A stretch of DNA of 64,000 bases from the NCBI GenBank assembly GCA_965227515.1, contig CBDDFZ010000002.1, positions 864,001 to 928,000 on the forward strand. Direction: 5' to 3'. Source of the DNA: Alphaproteobacteria bacterium. Its GTDB lineage: Bacteria; Pseudomonadota; Alphaproteobacteria; CALKHQ01. Under the pieces are notes generated by a model. That model saw nothing but the letters and a program-made list of their open reading frames with translations, was not told the origin of the DNA and did no database searches. Positions 47,844 to 61,946 of the stretch are shown here, in pieces (positions within the stretch are counted from its first letter, which is position 1; every line of letters starts with the position of its first letter). A program made the position numbers and the translations under genes.

Positions 47844-48665
47844 CTATTCGGACGGCGCCGCCTCTTCGTCGGCGGCGGCCGCATCGTCGGCGGGCGCGTC
47901 GCCCGAGGAGGCGTCGTCGGCACCGTCTGCCGGCGCGTCGTCAGCGGCGCCCTCATCGGCGGCACTCTCTTCCGCGCCATCTTCCGCACCGTCTTCTGGG
48001 GCGCCATCGGCGGCATCGCCATCGCCATCGCCCTCGACCGCATCGCCCTCGTCGCCTTCCGCTGCTGCTTCCGCTTCGGCGGCGGCCGCCGCTTCGGCCG
48101 CGGCCTGGATCTCGGCGATGGCGGCCGTCATGTCCTCGCTCAGCTTGGTGTAGGCGGCGGTGAAGCCGAACAGCGAGATCGGCACCTGCAGCAGCGTTTC
48201 GTTATCTTCCAGGAAGAAACGCACGGTCGCCTGGGCGCCGGCGCGGAACTGCGACACCATCATCGCGGCGATCTCGCCGCCGGCGACGGTCTGGCACCAG
48301 CCGATGTTGCATGCGGCAAAGCGGCCGGTCAGCGGTTCGTTGGTGTCGACCTGAATCTGCACCCCGCGTTCCGGGGATGCGATATCGGGCACCTCCACAT
48401 AGACCAGCGGCTCCAGTTCCGGCCCGACCAGGCCGACGATGATGTTGACCGAGTGCTGGGTGCCGTCGGGCAAGGTCTCGGCCAAGCCGGTGTAAATGAA
48501 GCACTTGACGGCGTTTATTTCGGTCTCGAGTTCGCAGCGGTGCACCCAGTCGCGAAACTGCTCCTCCTGCACCTGCACTTCGGCCTGTCCGGTCGAAACG
48601 GTTGAGAACATGGCGGCAGCGGCCAGCGCTGCCATGATGGTCGGCCTCCCGACTGGAAATTGCAT
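47844..48665 (-). CDS. IalB family protein with a long Ala/Asp/Glu low-complexity tail
   Basis: DW.HRC...KC, C...C, VPISLFGFTAAY, followed by an ~85-aa acidic tail. Confidence 0.75.
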   Translation of the reverse strand: MQFPVGRPTIMAALAAAAMFSTVSTGQAEVQVQEEQFRDWVHRCELETEINAVKCFIYTGLAETLPDGTQHSVNIIVGLVGPELEPLVYVEVPDIASPERGVQIQVDTNEPLTGRFAACNIGWCQTVAGGEIAAMMVSQFRAGAQATVRFFLEDNETLLQVPISLFGFTAAYTKLSEDMTAAIAEIQAAAEAAAAAEAEAAAEGDEGDAVEGDGDGDAADGAPEDGAEDGAEESAADEGAADDAPADGADDASSGDAPADDAAAADEEAAPSE

Positions 48666-48785
48666 TACGGCTTCCCTTGGACCTTGGTTTGCGGCCTCGT
48701 CTGCGACTCGTCGCGGCGCACCATAGGCGGTTTCCACAATCGTTCAAATGTCATCGACGCGCCACGCCGGGTGCCTTGCGATTAA

Positions 48786-49826
<1,041 letters not shown>

Positions 49827-49937
49827 CGTGCCGCGCGATGGCGCAATTCCTGCACGATTTCTGCACGGGAAACTTCCTGGCAGGCATTGACGTTTAGAAC
49901 GCAACCGACGACCGCCACCAACTGACCGGATTGGGCA

Positions 49938-51134
49938 ATGAATATTCACGAGTACCAAGGCAAGGCGCTGCTGGACAAATACGGGGTGGCGGTACCCAAG
50001 GGGAAGGTCGCCTACACGCCGGACGAGGCGGTGTCGGCGGCGGAGGAGCTGGGCGGCCCTGTGTGGGTGGTGAAGTCGCAGATCCATGCCGGCGGGCGCG
50101 GCGCCGGGCGCTTCAAGGACGATCCCGACGGCAAGGGCGGCGTGCGCGTGGTGAAGTCGCTGGACGACGTGCGCAACGAAGCCCAGGCGATGCTGGGCCA
50201 CATCCTGGTCACCAAGCAGACCGGTCCGGTGGGCAAGGAAGTCAAGCGGATCTACATCGAGGACGGCTGCGACATCGCGCGTGAGCTCTACCTCGGCATG
50301 CTGATCGACCGTGCCACCAGCCGCATCACCATCATGGCCTCGGCCGAGGGCGGCATGGACATCGAGACGGTGGCGGCGGAAAACCCCGACGCGATCGTCA
50401 AGGTCGCCATCGACCCCGCCACCGGCCTGCAGCCGTTCCACGCCCGCCAGATCGCTTTCGCGCTCGGCCTGTCGGGCGGCGAGGTGCGTTCGGCGGTGAA
50501 GTTCCTGACCGCCATGTACAAGGCGTTCAACGAACTCGATTGCAGCATGATCGAGGTCAACCCGCTGGTCGTCACCGGCGGCGGCGAGGTGATCGCGCTC
50601 GATGCCAAGGTCAATTTCGACGACAACGCGCTCTACCGGCACCCGGATGTCGAGGAACTGCGCGACCCCGACGAGGAAGACCCGTCGGAGGTGGAGGCCG
50701 CCGAGCACGACCTGAACTACATCAAGCTGGACGGGTCCATCGGCTGCCTGGTCAACGGCGCCGGCCTGGCGATGGCGACCATGGACATCATCAAGCTTTA
50801 TGGCGGCGAGCCGGCGAACTTCCTGGACGTCGGCGGCGGCGCCACCAAGGAGCGGGTGACCATCGCGTTCAAGATCATCCTGTCGGACCCGAACGTCGAT
50901 GGCATCCTGGTCAACATCTTCGGCGGCATCATGCGCTGCGACGTGATCGCGGAGGGCATTGTCGCCGCGGCGCGGGAGCTGAGCCTGAACGTGCCGCTGG
51001 TGGTGCGGCTGGAAGGCACCAACGTGGAGCAGGGCAAGGCGATCCTCGCCAATTCCGGCCTGCCCATCGTGAGCGGCGACAACCTGGCGGACGGGGCGCG
51101 CAAGGTTGTCGAAGCCGTCAAGAACGCAGCCTGA
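49938..51134 (+). CDS. sucC: Succinate--CoA ligase beta subunit
   Basis: [35 protein letters not shown]. Confidence 0.98.
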   Translation: MNIHEYQGKALLDKYGVAVPKGKVAYTPDEAVSAAEELGGPVWVVKSQIHAGGRGAGRFKDDPDGKGGVRVVKSLDDVRNEAQAMLGHILVTKQTGPVGKEVKRIYIEDGCDIARELYLGMLIDRATSRITIMASAEGGMDIETVAAENPDAIVKVAIDPATGLQPFHARQIAFALGLSGGEVRSAVKFLTAMYKAFNELDCSMIEVNPLVVTGGGEVIALDAKVNFDDNALYRHPDVEELRDPDEEDPSEVEAAEHDLNYIKLDGSIGCLVNGAGLAMATMDIIKLYGGEPANFLDVGGGATKERVTIAFKIILSDPNVDGILVNIFGGIMRCDVIAEGIVAAARELSLNVPLVVRLEGTNVEQGKAILANSGLPIVSGDNLADGARKVVEAVKNAA

Positions 51135-51152
51135 AGAAACGAGGAGGCGGAC

Positions 51153-52028
51153 ATGGCGGTACTTGTCGACGCAAACACCAAGGTCATCTGCCAGGGTTTC
51201 ACCGGCAGCCAGGGCACCTTCCACTCCGAGCAGGCGATCGCCTACGGCACCAAGATGGTCGGCGGCGTCACCCCCGGTAAGGGCGGCGAGAGCCATCTGG
51301 GCCTGCCGGTGTTCAACACGGTGGCGGAGGCGGTGGCAACCACCGGCGCCGATGCCAGCGTGATCTACGTGCCGCCGCCGTTCGCCGGCGATGCGATCCT
51401 GGAGGCCATCGACGCGGGCGTGGCCCTGGTGGTGTGCATTACCGAGGGCATTCCGGTGCTGGACATGGTGAAGGTGAAACGCGCGCTGATCGGCAGCGGC
51501 ACCCGCCTGGTCGGCCCCAATTGCCCCGGCGTCATCACGCCGGAGGCGTGCAAGATCGGCATCATGCCCGGCCACATCCACCGCAAGGGCAAGGTCGGCA
51601 TCGTCTCACGCTCGGGCACGCTGACCTACGAGGCGGTGGCGCAGACCACCGTGGCCGGTCTCGGGCAGTCGACCTGCATCGGCATCGGCGGCGATCCGGT
51701 GAACGGCACCAATTTCATCGACTGCCTGGAGATGTTCCTGGGCGACGACGAGACCGAGGCGATCATCATGATCGGCGAGATCGGTGGCGCGGCGGAAGAG
51801 GAAGCCGCTGAATTCATTAAGAAATCATCGGTAAAGAAGCCCATTGCCGGCTTCATCGCCGGCGTGACCGCGCCGCCGGGCCGGCGCATGGGCCATGCCG
51901 GGGCCATCATCTCCGGCGGCTCGGGCGGGGCCGGCGACAAGATCGAGGCCTTGCGTGGTGCCGGTTTTGCAATTGCCGAATCCCCGGCGTCGCTCGGCGA
52001 GGCCGTGGTCGAGGCGATCAACGCCTAG
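51153..52028 (+). CDS. sucD: Succinate--CoA ligase alpha subunit
   Basis: [32 protein letters not shown]. Confidence 0.98.
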   Translation: MAVLVDANTKVICQGFTGSQGTFHSEQAIAYGTKMVGGVTPGKGGESHLGLPVFNTVAEAVATTGADASVIYVPPPFAGDAILEAIDAGVALVVCITEGIPVLDMVKVKRALIGSGTRLVGPNCPGVITPEACKIGIMPGHIHRKGKVGIVSRSGTLTYEAVAQTTVAGLGQSTCIGIGGDPVNGTNFIDCLEMFLGDDETEAIIMIGEIGGAAEEEAAEFIKKSSVKKPIAGFIAGVTAPPGRRMGHAGAIISGGSGGAGDKIEALRGAGFAIAESPASLGEAVVEAINA

Positions 52029-52097
52029 ATATTGCAGCGGCGAGCGCCGCGGGCCCGGTCAGTGTTGGGCTGAGGCAGTGTTGGACGGAGACTTGCG

Positions 52098-54986
<2,889 letters not shown>

Positions 54987-55036
54987 CTCCGTCACTGAGA
55001 CAGAATTTGCGCCGAACGTTCGAACAGAGGTTCTAG

Positions 55037-56371
55037 ATGGCAGAGCAAATTATCGTGCCCACCCTTGGCGAATCGGTCGTCGAGGCGACGGTCGCGCGCT
55101 GGATGAAGGCTGTTGGAGACACGGTCACGGCCGACGAGCCGCTGGTCGAGCTGGAGACCGAGAAGGTCACCATGGAGGTGAATGCGCCGATGGCCGGCAC
55201 CCTGGCGTCGATCGACGCCGACGAGGGCGCGGACGTCGAGGTCGGCGGCCTGCTGGGCACCATCGATGCCAATGGCGCGGGCGCCGCGCCCGCCAAGCCG
55301 GCACCGAAGGCCGAGGCGCCGAAGAAGGAAGAGGCGGCCGAGAAGGCACCGGAGCCGGCGAAGGCCGAGGCGCCGAAGCAAGAGGCGCCCAAACAAGAAG
55401 CGAAGGCGGCAGCCCCCTCCAAGGCCGAGGCGCCGGCCGCGAAGGCCAATCTGAAGCACCCGCTGGCGCCCGCCGTGCGCAAGCTGGTGGAAGAGAACAA
55501 CCTGGACCCGGCGGCGATTCCGGCCTCGGGCAAGGACGGCCGGCTGACCAAGGCCGACGTGCTCAACTTCATGAGTGCGCCGAAGGCGGCACCCGCGGCG
55601 GCGAAAGCGCCGTCAGCGCCGGCGCCGGCCTCGTTCCCGTCCGCCGACGAACTGCCGGAGCGCGAGGAGCGCCCGGACGAGCAGCGGGTGCGGATGACCC
55701 GCCTGCGCCAGCGCATTGCCCAGCGCCTGAAAGAGGCGCAGCAGACCGCCGCCATGCTGACCACGTTCAACGAGATCGACATGACGGCGATCATGGCGTT
55801 GCGCAACCAGTACAAGGAATCGTTCGAGAAGAAGCACGGCGTGAAGCTGGGCTTCATGTCGATCTTCGTGAAGGCCTGCATCGAGGCGCTGCAGGAACTG
55901 CCGGCGGTCAACGCGGAGATCTACGGCGACGAGATCATCTACAAGAACTACTACGACATCGGGGTTGCGGTCGGCACGCCGCAGGGCCTGGTGGTGCCGG
56001 TGCTGCGCAATGCCGACAAGCTGAGCTTCGCGGAGATCGAGTCCGGTATCGGCGACCTGGCCAAGCGGGCGCGCGACGGCAAGCTCTCCATGGCCGAACT
56101 GACCGGCGGCACCTTCACCATTACCAATGGCGGCGTCTATGGCTCGCTATTGTCGACACCTATTCTGAACACGCCGCAGTCGGGCATTCTGGGCATGCAC
56201 AAGATCCAGAAGCGGCCGATGGAAGTGGGTGGCGAGGTGAAGGTGCGGCCGATGATGTACGTGGCGCTGAGCTACGACCACCGCATCATTGACGGCCGCG
56301 AGGCGGTGACGTTCCTGGTCCGGGTGAAGGAGTGCATCGAGGATCCGGCGCGCCTGTTGATGGGGGTGTAA
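55037..56371 (+). CDS. sucB: 2-oxoglutarate dehydrogenase E2 dihydrolipoyllysine succinyltransferase
   Basis: Lipoyl domain ETEKV, KAEAP linker repeats, [17 protein letters not shown]. Confidence 0.98.
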   Translation: MAEQIIVPTLGESVVEATVARWMKAVGDTVTADEPLVELETEKVTMEVNAPMAGTLASIDADEGADVEVGGLLGTIDANGAGAAPAKPAPKAEAPKKEEAAEKAPEPAKAEAPKQEAPKQEAKAAAPSKAEAPAAKANLKHPLAPAVRKLVEENNLDPAAIPASGKDGRLTKADVLNFMSAPKAAPAAAKAPSAPAPASFPSADELPEREERPDEQRVRMTRLRQRIAQRLKEAQQTAAMLTTFNEIDMTAIMALRNQYKESFEKKHGVKLGFMSIFVKACIEALQELPAVNAEIYGDEIIYKNYYDIGVAVGTPQGLVVPVLRNADKLSFAEIESGIGDLAKRARDGKLSMAELTGGTFTITNGGVYGSLLSTPILNTPQSGILGMHKIQKRPMEVGGEVKVRPMMYVALSYDHRIIDGREAVTFLVRVKECIEDPARLLMGV

Positions 56372-56534
56372 CCGCCCGGTTGCACCCAATCCGGGCGTAC
56401 GCCACCCAGATGCGTGCGATCCGGTTGCATCAGGATTGTCATAATCGCGGCAAGGTTGGCGTGCTATAAGCACGGCTGCCAGGTAAGTGGCACTTTCCGA
56501 GGGAGGGGGGCTCCCATCCGGAACGGAGACCACG

Positions 56535-57281
56535 ATGCCGATCATCGCAAGTCAGCTCAAAGCTGGCGATATTCTGTTCAAGCATTCCAGCGCCGGGGCG
56601 CTCAGCCAGGCGATCGCAAAGGGGCAAAGCCCGCACTATCACAGCACCGTCCAGGCGCTGGATGGCTTGTCACCCACCGGTGGCAAGTCGTTCGCCGTCG
56701 ACCTGACCCATGTCGCCATGGCGGTCGGGCCCGACGATGTGCTGGAGTTCGACGAGGGCAGTTCGTCGAAGTGGCAGATCGTCATGAAGTCGGGCCACGG
56801 CTTCACCCGCGGCAACATGAAGATCCCGTCGCGCAAGGGCTTTCGCTACGAGGTTTTTCGCTCCACCAGCGACAAGCTGGCGGCATCGGCCGCCGACAAG
56901 GCGACCCTGGTCTGGGACATCACCCATCAGCAGGGCGGCACGGTGAAGGCCAGCTACGGCCTGAAGAAGATGCTCAGGACCGCGCTGCTCCGCTACAAGG
57001 GCAAGACCTTCAGCAGTCTCGACGACTTCGAGAAGGTGATCGATGCGCTCTGCACGCTCGGTGCCGATCAGAAGGACGTCAACATCCAGTTCTTCTGCTC
57101 TCACTTCGTGACGTTCTGCTACATCTTCGCGGCCAAGGAGATCGGCTTCAAGGACGTGCTGGGCTGGGACTACACGGTCGGCGCCGACAAGATCAGGATC
57201 TCCCCTGTCGAGCTCTACGTGCGGGTCGACATGCAGGGTCACAGCCACTTCCAGTTCAAGGGCTCGCTCTACGCCGGTTAG
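56535..57281 (+). CDS. Hypothetical protein, permuted papain-like NlpC/P60 (YiiX/C92-like) candidate
   Basis: LKAGDILF near the N-terminus, THVAMAVG (His), FFCSHFV (Cys) in the C-terminal half; GGAGA RBS. Confidence 0.6.
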   Translation: MPIIASQLKAGDILFKHSSAGALSQAIAKGQSPHYHSTVQALDGLSPTGGKSFAVDLTHVAMAVGPDDVLEFDEGSSSKWQIVMKSGHGFTRGNMKIPSRKGFRYEVFRSTSDKLAASAADKATLVWDITHQQGGTVKASYGLKKMLRTALLRYKGKTFSSLDDFEKVIDALCTLGADQKDVNIQFFCSHFVTFCYIFAAKEIGFKDVLGWDYTVGADKIRISPVELYVRVDMQGHSHFQFKGSLYAG

Positions 57282-57400
57282 CGCCTTTCGGCATCGCGTT
57301 TCACCCTTCCGGCAATCAATCACCGGTTTGACACATTGCCCGCCATGATGGAGCTTCGGCGGCGCAATGGTCGCGATCAGCTGGCGCTGAGTCTGCGCCA

Positions 57401-57465
57401 GCCCTCACCCCCACCCGGCCACCCATTCAGGATACTGTCGTGGGTGGCCGGGTGGGGGTGAGGGC
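57401..57465. repeat. Perfect 25-bp inverted repeat (CCCTCACC family)
   Basis: GCCCTCACCCCCACCCGGCCACCCA / TGGGTGGCCGGGTGGGGGTGAGGGC with a 15-nt loop. Confidence 0.9.
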
Positions 57466-57526
57466 CGGTGCCGATTGGAACGATCGAACGCCAAGGGCGT
57501 TCATCGACGTGCAGGAAAGGCGTGCG

Positions 57527-58225
57527 ATGACGGTCACGAAACGGCGGCGCGGGCTCGCGCCAAGTGCATTGCTGGCGGTGGCGGCCCTCGTCGGGCCGGC
57601 GGGCGGCGCTGTGGCCCAGGATGCGTCGAACATGCTGGGCATCTGGTACAACGCCACCAGCCCCGGCGGCATCGACGTGGGGGCGGAACAGCTCTCGACC
57701 TTCGTCAACGACACGCGCTGGCCCCATGATGCCGCCTTCTGCGGCGCTGACCGCAGTTACGATTTTTCGGTGCAGGACGGCGATTCGCTGCTGGCGGGCC
57801 TGCTCGCCGGCGATCCGCGGGATGACGACGATATCCCGCTCTCCCAGGCCATCCAGGGCCGCATTCCCGGCGGCACCCATCTGGTGCTGCGCGACCAGTG
57901 CTGCTGCAAGCCGGAGATTCCGGGGACCAGCTACTACATCCAGGTGGCCGACGCACAACTGCTGGCGATCCACTTCGGCGACGGCATCTACGAGGTCGAG
58001 GAACTGTGGCGGTTCGAGCCGCTGGTTGCGCCTGACGGCCTGAACCAATCCCAGATATTTGCGTTGCAGGAAGCGCTGGCCGAGCGTGGGCACTATCAGG
58101 GCGAGATCGACGGGCTGTTCGGCGGCCAGACCATGGTGGCGGTGCGCCGCTATCAGGAAGAGCTGAATGAGATGGTCACCGGCATGCTGACCCGCACCCA
58201 GTACGACCGCCTGCTGTTTCCGTGA
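57527..58225 (+). CDS. Exported protein with a C-terminal peptidoglycan-binding domain
   Basis: Signal peptide; LQEALAERGHY.GEIDGLFG..T..AVRRYQ...VTG.L. Confidence 0.8.
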   Translation: MTVTKRRRGLAPSALLAVAALVGPAGGAVAQDASNMLGIWYNATSPGGIDVGAEQLSTFVNDTRWPHDAAFCGADRSYDFSVQDGDSLLAGLLAGDPRDDDDIPLSQAIQGRIPGGTHLVLRDQCCCKPEIPGTSYYIQVADAQLLAIHFGDGIYEVEELWRFEPLVAPDGLNQSQIFALQEALAERGHYQGEIDGLFGGQTMVAVRRYQEELNEMVTGMLTRTQYDRLLFP

Positions 58226-58235
58226 CACAGCTCAC

Positions 58236-58341
58236 CGTCATGCCCGCACTTGTTGCGGGCATCCACGCCTTAATGGTCCGGTTTGAGCTTCCTTGCACCG
58301 CCAATTAGACGTGGATGCTCGGGACAAGCCCGAGCATGACG
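58236..58341. repeat. REP-like doublet (GTCATGCCCG..CTTGT..CGGGCATCCACG family)
   Basis: CGTCATGCCCGCACTTGTTGCGGGCATCCACG is inverted relative to CGTGGATGCTCGGGACAAGCCCGAGCATGACG. Confidence 0.85.
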
Positions 58342-58410
58342 TTGTATCCTGTCGTCGTTGGTGATCATTAAACGATAGGCGCGTTTTCGCGGGCCGGGAA
58401 AGCAACCGAA

Positions 58411-59769
58411 ATGAACCTCTTCACCAAGCTGGAAGCGCGCGCCGACAACCCGATCCGCGTCGCCATGATCGGCGCCGGCAAGTTCGGCGCCATGTTCCTG
58501 GCCCAGGCACCGCGGACACCGGGCATCCACGTCGTCGCCATCGCCGAGCTGAACCCGGACCGCGCCCGGCAGTCGCTGGCGACCGTGGGCTGGGAGGCCG
58601 AGCGCTACCAGGCCGGCTCGCTGGACGACGCGCGCAAGAGCGGCGGGTTGTGGATCACCGAGGACGCCCATGGCCTGATCGCCAGCGATGCCGTCGATCT
58701 GGTGATCGACCTGACCGGTAATCCGGTGGCCGGTGTCGGCCACGCGCTGGCCTGTGCCGAGCACGGCAAGCACGCGGTGATGGTCAACGTGGAGGCCGAC
58801 GTGCTGGCCGGCCCCGCGATGGCCAAGGCCGTGCAGGGTGCTGGCAAGGTCTATTCGATGGCCTATGGCGACCAGCCGGCGCTGATCTCCGAGCAGGTGG
58901 ACTGGGCGCGTGCCGCCGGGTTCACCGTGGTCGCCGCCGGCAAGGGCACCCGCTACCGGCCCGAGTTCCACGCCTCCACGCCCGACACGGTGTGGGGTTA
59001 CTACGGACTCACCGCCGAGCAGGCGGCGGCCAGCGGCATGAACGCCAAGATGTTCAACTCGTTCCTGGACGGCACCAAGTCTGCGATCGAGATGGCGGCG
59101 GTGGCCAACGCCACCGGCCTGACCCCGGCGCCGGGCGGCCTCACCTTCCAGCCCTGCGGTGTCCACGACCTGCCGGCGATGATGCGGCCGCGCGCGGAAG
59201 GCGGCTGCCTGCACCACAAGGGCCAGGTCGAGGTGATCTCCAGCGACGAGTTCGACGGCCGCAAGGTGGTGGGCGACCTTCGCTGGGGCACTTATGTCGC
59301 GGTCGAGGCGCACAACGACTATGTCGGCCAGTGCTTTTCCGACTACGGCATGCCGCGCGACCCGAGCGGGCGCTACTCGGCGCTGTGGCGGCCCTACCAC
59401 TACATCGGCCTTGAGCTGGGCATTACCATCGCCAGCATCGCCACCCGCGGCGAGGCGACGGGCGCGCCGACCGGCTGGCGCGGCGATGCGGTGGCGGTCG
59501 CCAAGCGCGACCTCGCCCCCGGCGACATGCTGGATGGCGAGGGCGGCACCACGGTGTGGGGCCGGCTCTATCCGGCCGACCGGGCGCTGGCCATCGGCGG
59601 GCTGCCCATCGGGCTCGCCCAGGGTGCGAAGATGATCCACCCGGTGATGACCGGCCAGCCCGTGCGCTATGCCGACGTCGCCATCGACGAGAACGATCTG
59701 GCCGTGAAGGTGCGCCGCGAAATGGAGGTCGACTTCGCGCCCGCGCTGCCGGCCGAAGCGGCTGAATAG
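58411..59769 (+). CDS. NAD(P)-dependent homoserine-dehydrogenase-like oxidoreductase with C-terminal SAF domain
   Basis: IGAGKFG, VNVEAD, YGDQP, DGTKSAIEM, AKRDL.PG..LDGEGG, LPIGLA. Confidence 0.88.
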   Translation: MNLFTKLEARADNPIRVAMIGAGKFGAMFLAQAPRTPGIHVVAIAELNPDRARQSLATVGWEAERYQAGSLDDARKSGGLWITEDAHGLIASDAVDLVIDLTGNPVAGVGHALACAEHGKHAVMVNVEADVLAGPAMAKAVQGAGKVYSMAYGDQPALISEQVDWARAAGFTVVAAGKGTRYRPEFHASTPDTVWGYYGLTAEQAAASGMNAKMFNSFLDGTKSAIEMAAVANATGLTPAPGGLTFQPCGVHDLPAMMRPRAEGGCLHHKGQVEVISSDEFDGRKVVGDLRWGTYVAVEAHNDYVGQCFSDYGMPRDPSGRYSALWRPYHYIGLELGITIASIATRGEATGAPTGWRGDAVAVAKRDLAPGDMLDGEGGTTVWGRLYPADRALAIGGLPIGLAQGAKMIHPVMTGQPVRYADVAIDENDLAVKVRREMEVDFAPALPAEAAE

Positions 59770-59938
59770 GCTCGCCGCACCGGCACGAATGTGACAAACC
59801 GTTCATCGCGGTGTTTGACAAAGCCCTGGCGCCAAACGATCATCCGGCCATCGAAAGGCTGCCGCGCGCGCGGCAGTGACAAACAGCGGCGTGTCGGCTT
59901 CCTTCGGCGCGCGTGTGCATGAGGGGAGTTACAGGACT

Positions 59939-60328
59939 ATGCGTGCAGGTATTGCGGGAGCGTTGGTGATCGCGGGCGTCGTGGCATCGTGTGTGCCGGT
60001 CGGTACCGGTGGCGGTGGCGGCTTCGGCCCGAACTACGCCAGCGCCACCCAGATCCAGCAGGCGGTGACGAACTTCTCGGTCGTCGGTTCTCTCGCGGGC
60101 GGCGGGTCCTACTGCGAATACCATTCGCCGAACTTCCAGCTCATCGGCCGCGACACCCAGCCCTACACCGGCAGCTGGTCGCTGTCCGGCAACCAGATCT
60201 GCTACAGCTATCCGCAGGGCGGCTCCAGCTGCCAGAACGCCGAGATCGTCGGCAACAACATCACCTTCTACGACAACGCCGGCAACTTCCTGGCTGGCGG
60301 CAACCTGGTCGGCGGCAACGTCTGCTGA
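59939..60328 (+). CDS. Small Gly/Ser/Asn-rich lipoprotein
   Basis: Lipobox VASC; G.W...GNQIC..Y...C; AGGA RBS. Confidence 0.7.
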   Translation: MRAGIAGALVIAGVVASCVPVGTGGGGGFGPNYASATQIQQAVTNFSVVGSLAGGGSYCEYHSPNFQLIGRDTQPYTGSWSLSGNQICYSYPQGGSSCQNAEIVGNNITFYDNAGNFLAGGNLVGGNVC

Positions 60329-60365
60329 TTGAGGTCCTGACCGCACCTGCAGAACAGGTCCTCCG

Positions 60366-61211
60366 GTGGAACGCAAATCGTTGACGGTTAGCGACGGGGC
60401 GACCCTGAGCTACATGGAGGGTGGCAGCGGCCAGCCATTGGTGATGATCCCTGGCTGGTCGCAGTCGGCGGCGGAGTTCGAGCGCCAGTTCGAGGACCTC
60501 ACCGCCATTGCCCGCGTCATCGCGCTCGACATGCGTGGCCACGGCGAATCGCCGGTGCCGGGTGGCGGCTACCGCATCCAGCGCCTGGCCAAGGACCTGT
60601 TCGACGTGGTTCGCGCGCTGGACCTGAGCGCGCCGGACTTCCTGGGCCATTCCATGGGCTCGTCGGTGATGTGGTCGTATATGTCGATGTTCGGCGCCGA
60701 CGCGCCGCCGCGCCGGTTGGTGGTGGTGGACCAGGCGCCGGCCGCTATCGCGCGGGCGTTCTGGAGCGAGGAGGAGAAGGTCGACTACGGCTGCCTGTTC
60801 CCCTCGTTCGACGTACACGGCGAGTTCCTGGGCACCGTGCTGGCGGCCGATACGCCCGACACGTGCAAGGAGGTGCTGCGCGGCATGTTCACCCCCGGCA
60901 TGGACGAGGGCGAACTGACCTGGATCGCGGAACAGAATTTGAAGCTGCCCCGCGCCCATGCCGTGCATCTGCTGCACGATCACTGCATCCAGGACTGGCG
61001 GTCGGAGATCCAGGCGCTGCGGGTGCCGACGCTGGTGGTCGGCGGCGATATCAGCATCTTCTCCGCCGCGTCCCAGCGCTGGATCGCCAACCAGGTGCCG
61101 GGCGGAAAGGCCGACATATTCGAGGCCGATCAAGGTGGCTCGCACTTCATGTTCTTCGAGAACGCGCCCCGGTTCAACGCGGCGGTGTCCGGGTTCCTGG
61201 GCGGCGCCTGA
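60366..61211 (+). CDS. Alpha/beta hydrolase
   Basis: PGWSQ, DMRGHGES, GHSMG, GSH.MF.E. Confidence 0.9.
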   Translation: MERKSLTVSDGATLSYMEGGSGQPLVMIPGWSQSAAEFERQFEDLTAIARVIALDMRGHGESPVPGGGYRIQRLAKDLFDVVRALDLSAPDFLGHSMGSSVMWSYMSMFGADAPPRRLVVVDQAPAAIARAFWSEEEKVDYGCLFPSFDVHGEFLGTVLAADTPDTCKEVLRGMFTPGMDEGELTWIAEQNLKLPRAHAVHLLHDHCIQDWRSEIQALRVPTLVVGGDISIFSAASQRWIANQVPGGKADIFEADQGGSHFMFFENAPRFNAAVSGFLGGA

Positions 61212-61348
61212 CCGGTGGCCGAAAGCGGCACGGGCGGGACGGCAGCGCGGATGTGGTTTACACTTCCGTAATGCTGTGCGGCCTAGCTTGCCGGTAACGG
61301 GCCTGGAATCCGCACCCCCGCGCGGCCCGAGGAGAAGGGCAGACGCCC

Positions 61349-61798
61349 ATGAAAGCTCTAGCGGTCATTTTTGTCGGGCTTGCCATCGGCGCCGCCGGTA
61401 TGTGGTTCTATCTCGGCAACCCGGGGCCGGCCGATGACGGTGCGCCCGGTGCCGCCGCGGAGGCCAACCCGCAGGCGCCGGTTTCCGGCGACGTGACGGC
61501 CACCGCGCCCCAGCCCGCACAATCCGTGCCGAACCAGGCCCAGGACCAGGCCCAGAACGGCCAGTCGGCCAACCAGCCCGCCGACCCACCCAGCGGCCAG
61601 ACCGGCAATGTGCAGCCCGTGCGCCAGCCGACCGGCGGCAACCGTCCTGCCGCCCCGCCGGTCGAGCCTTTGCCGCCGGGCAGCACCTTCGACGATTGCG
61701 TCATCGACGGGCGCTACTCGCAGACCTATTGCGTGGAAATCTTCACCAATGCACCGCAGGCCGGCGAGATCCTCGACGACGGGCTGGAGATTCAGTAG
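61349..61798 (+). CDS. Membrane-anchored hypothetical protein with a Pro/Gln linker and a small C-terminal two-Cys domain
   Basis: N-terminal TM, low-complexity linker, FDDC...Y...YC. Confidence 0.65.
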   Translation: MKALAVIFVGLAIGAAGMWFYLGNPGPADDGAPGAAAEANPQAPVSGDVTATAPQPAQSVPNQAQDQAQNGQSANQPADPPSGQTGNVQPVRQPTGGNRPAAPPVEPLPPGSTFDDCVIDGRYSQTYCVEIFTNAPQAGEILDDGLEIQ

Positions 61799-61838
61799 CC
61801 GGTCCGGACGTCCGGCACCTGCCGAATAATATTGCTGA

Positions 61839-61907
61839 CCCTCACCCTCCCAGACCATCCGGTCTGGGCCAGGACCCGGCCGGCAAGGCCGGACGGGAGG
61901 GTGAGGG
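61839..61907. repeat. CCCTCACCCTCCC inverted-repeat element between convergent genes
   Basis: CCCTCACCCTCCC (61839-61851) / GGGAGGGTGAGGG (61895-61907) with nested hairpins. Confidence 0.75.
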
Positions 61908-61946
61908 GCTTCTCAGACCAGACCTGGTCTGGGGCCGCCAGCGAGC

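Noticed and set aside
49839-49854. Sigma54-like TGGCGC-N5-CTGCA upstream of sucC
   Set aside because: Imperfect match that is plausible by chance in GC-rich DNA, with no supporting context.
55290-55450. AAGGCCGAGGCGCCG repeats in sucB
   Set aside because: Ordinary Ala/Pro/Lys/Glu-rich E2 linker.
56372-56534. Hairpins upstream of the papain-like gene as a riboswitch
   Set aside because: No recognisable aptamer consensus; a covariance search would be needed.
58411-59769. Flagellar FlgA annotation
   Set aside because: Only the SAF domain is shared; the Rossmann-fold body indicates an oxidoreductase.
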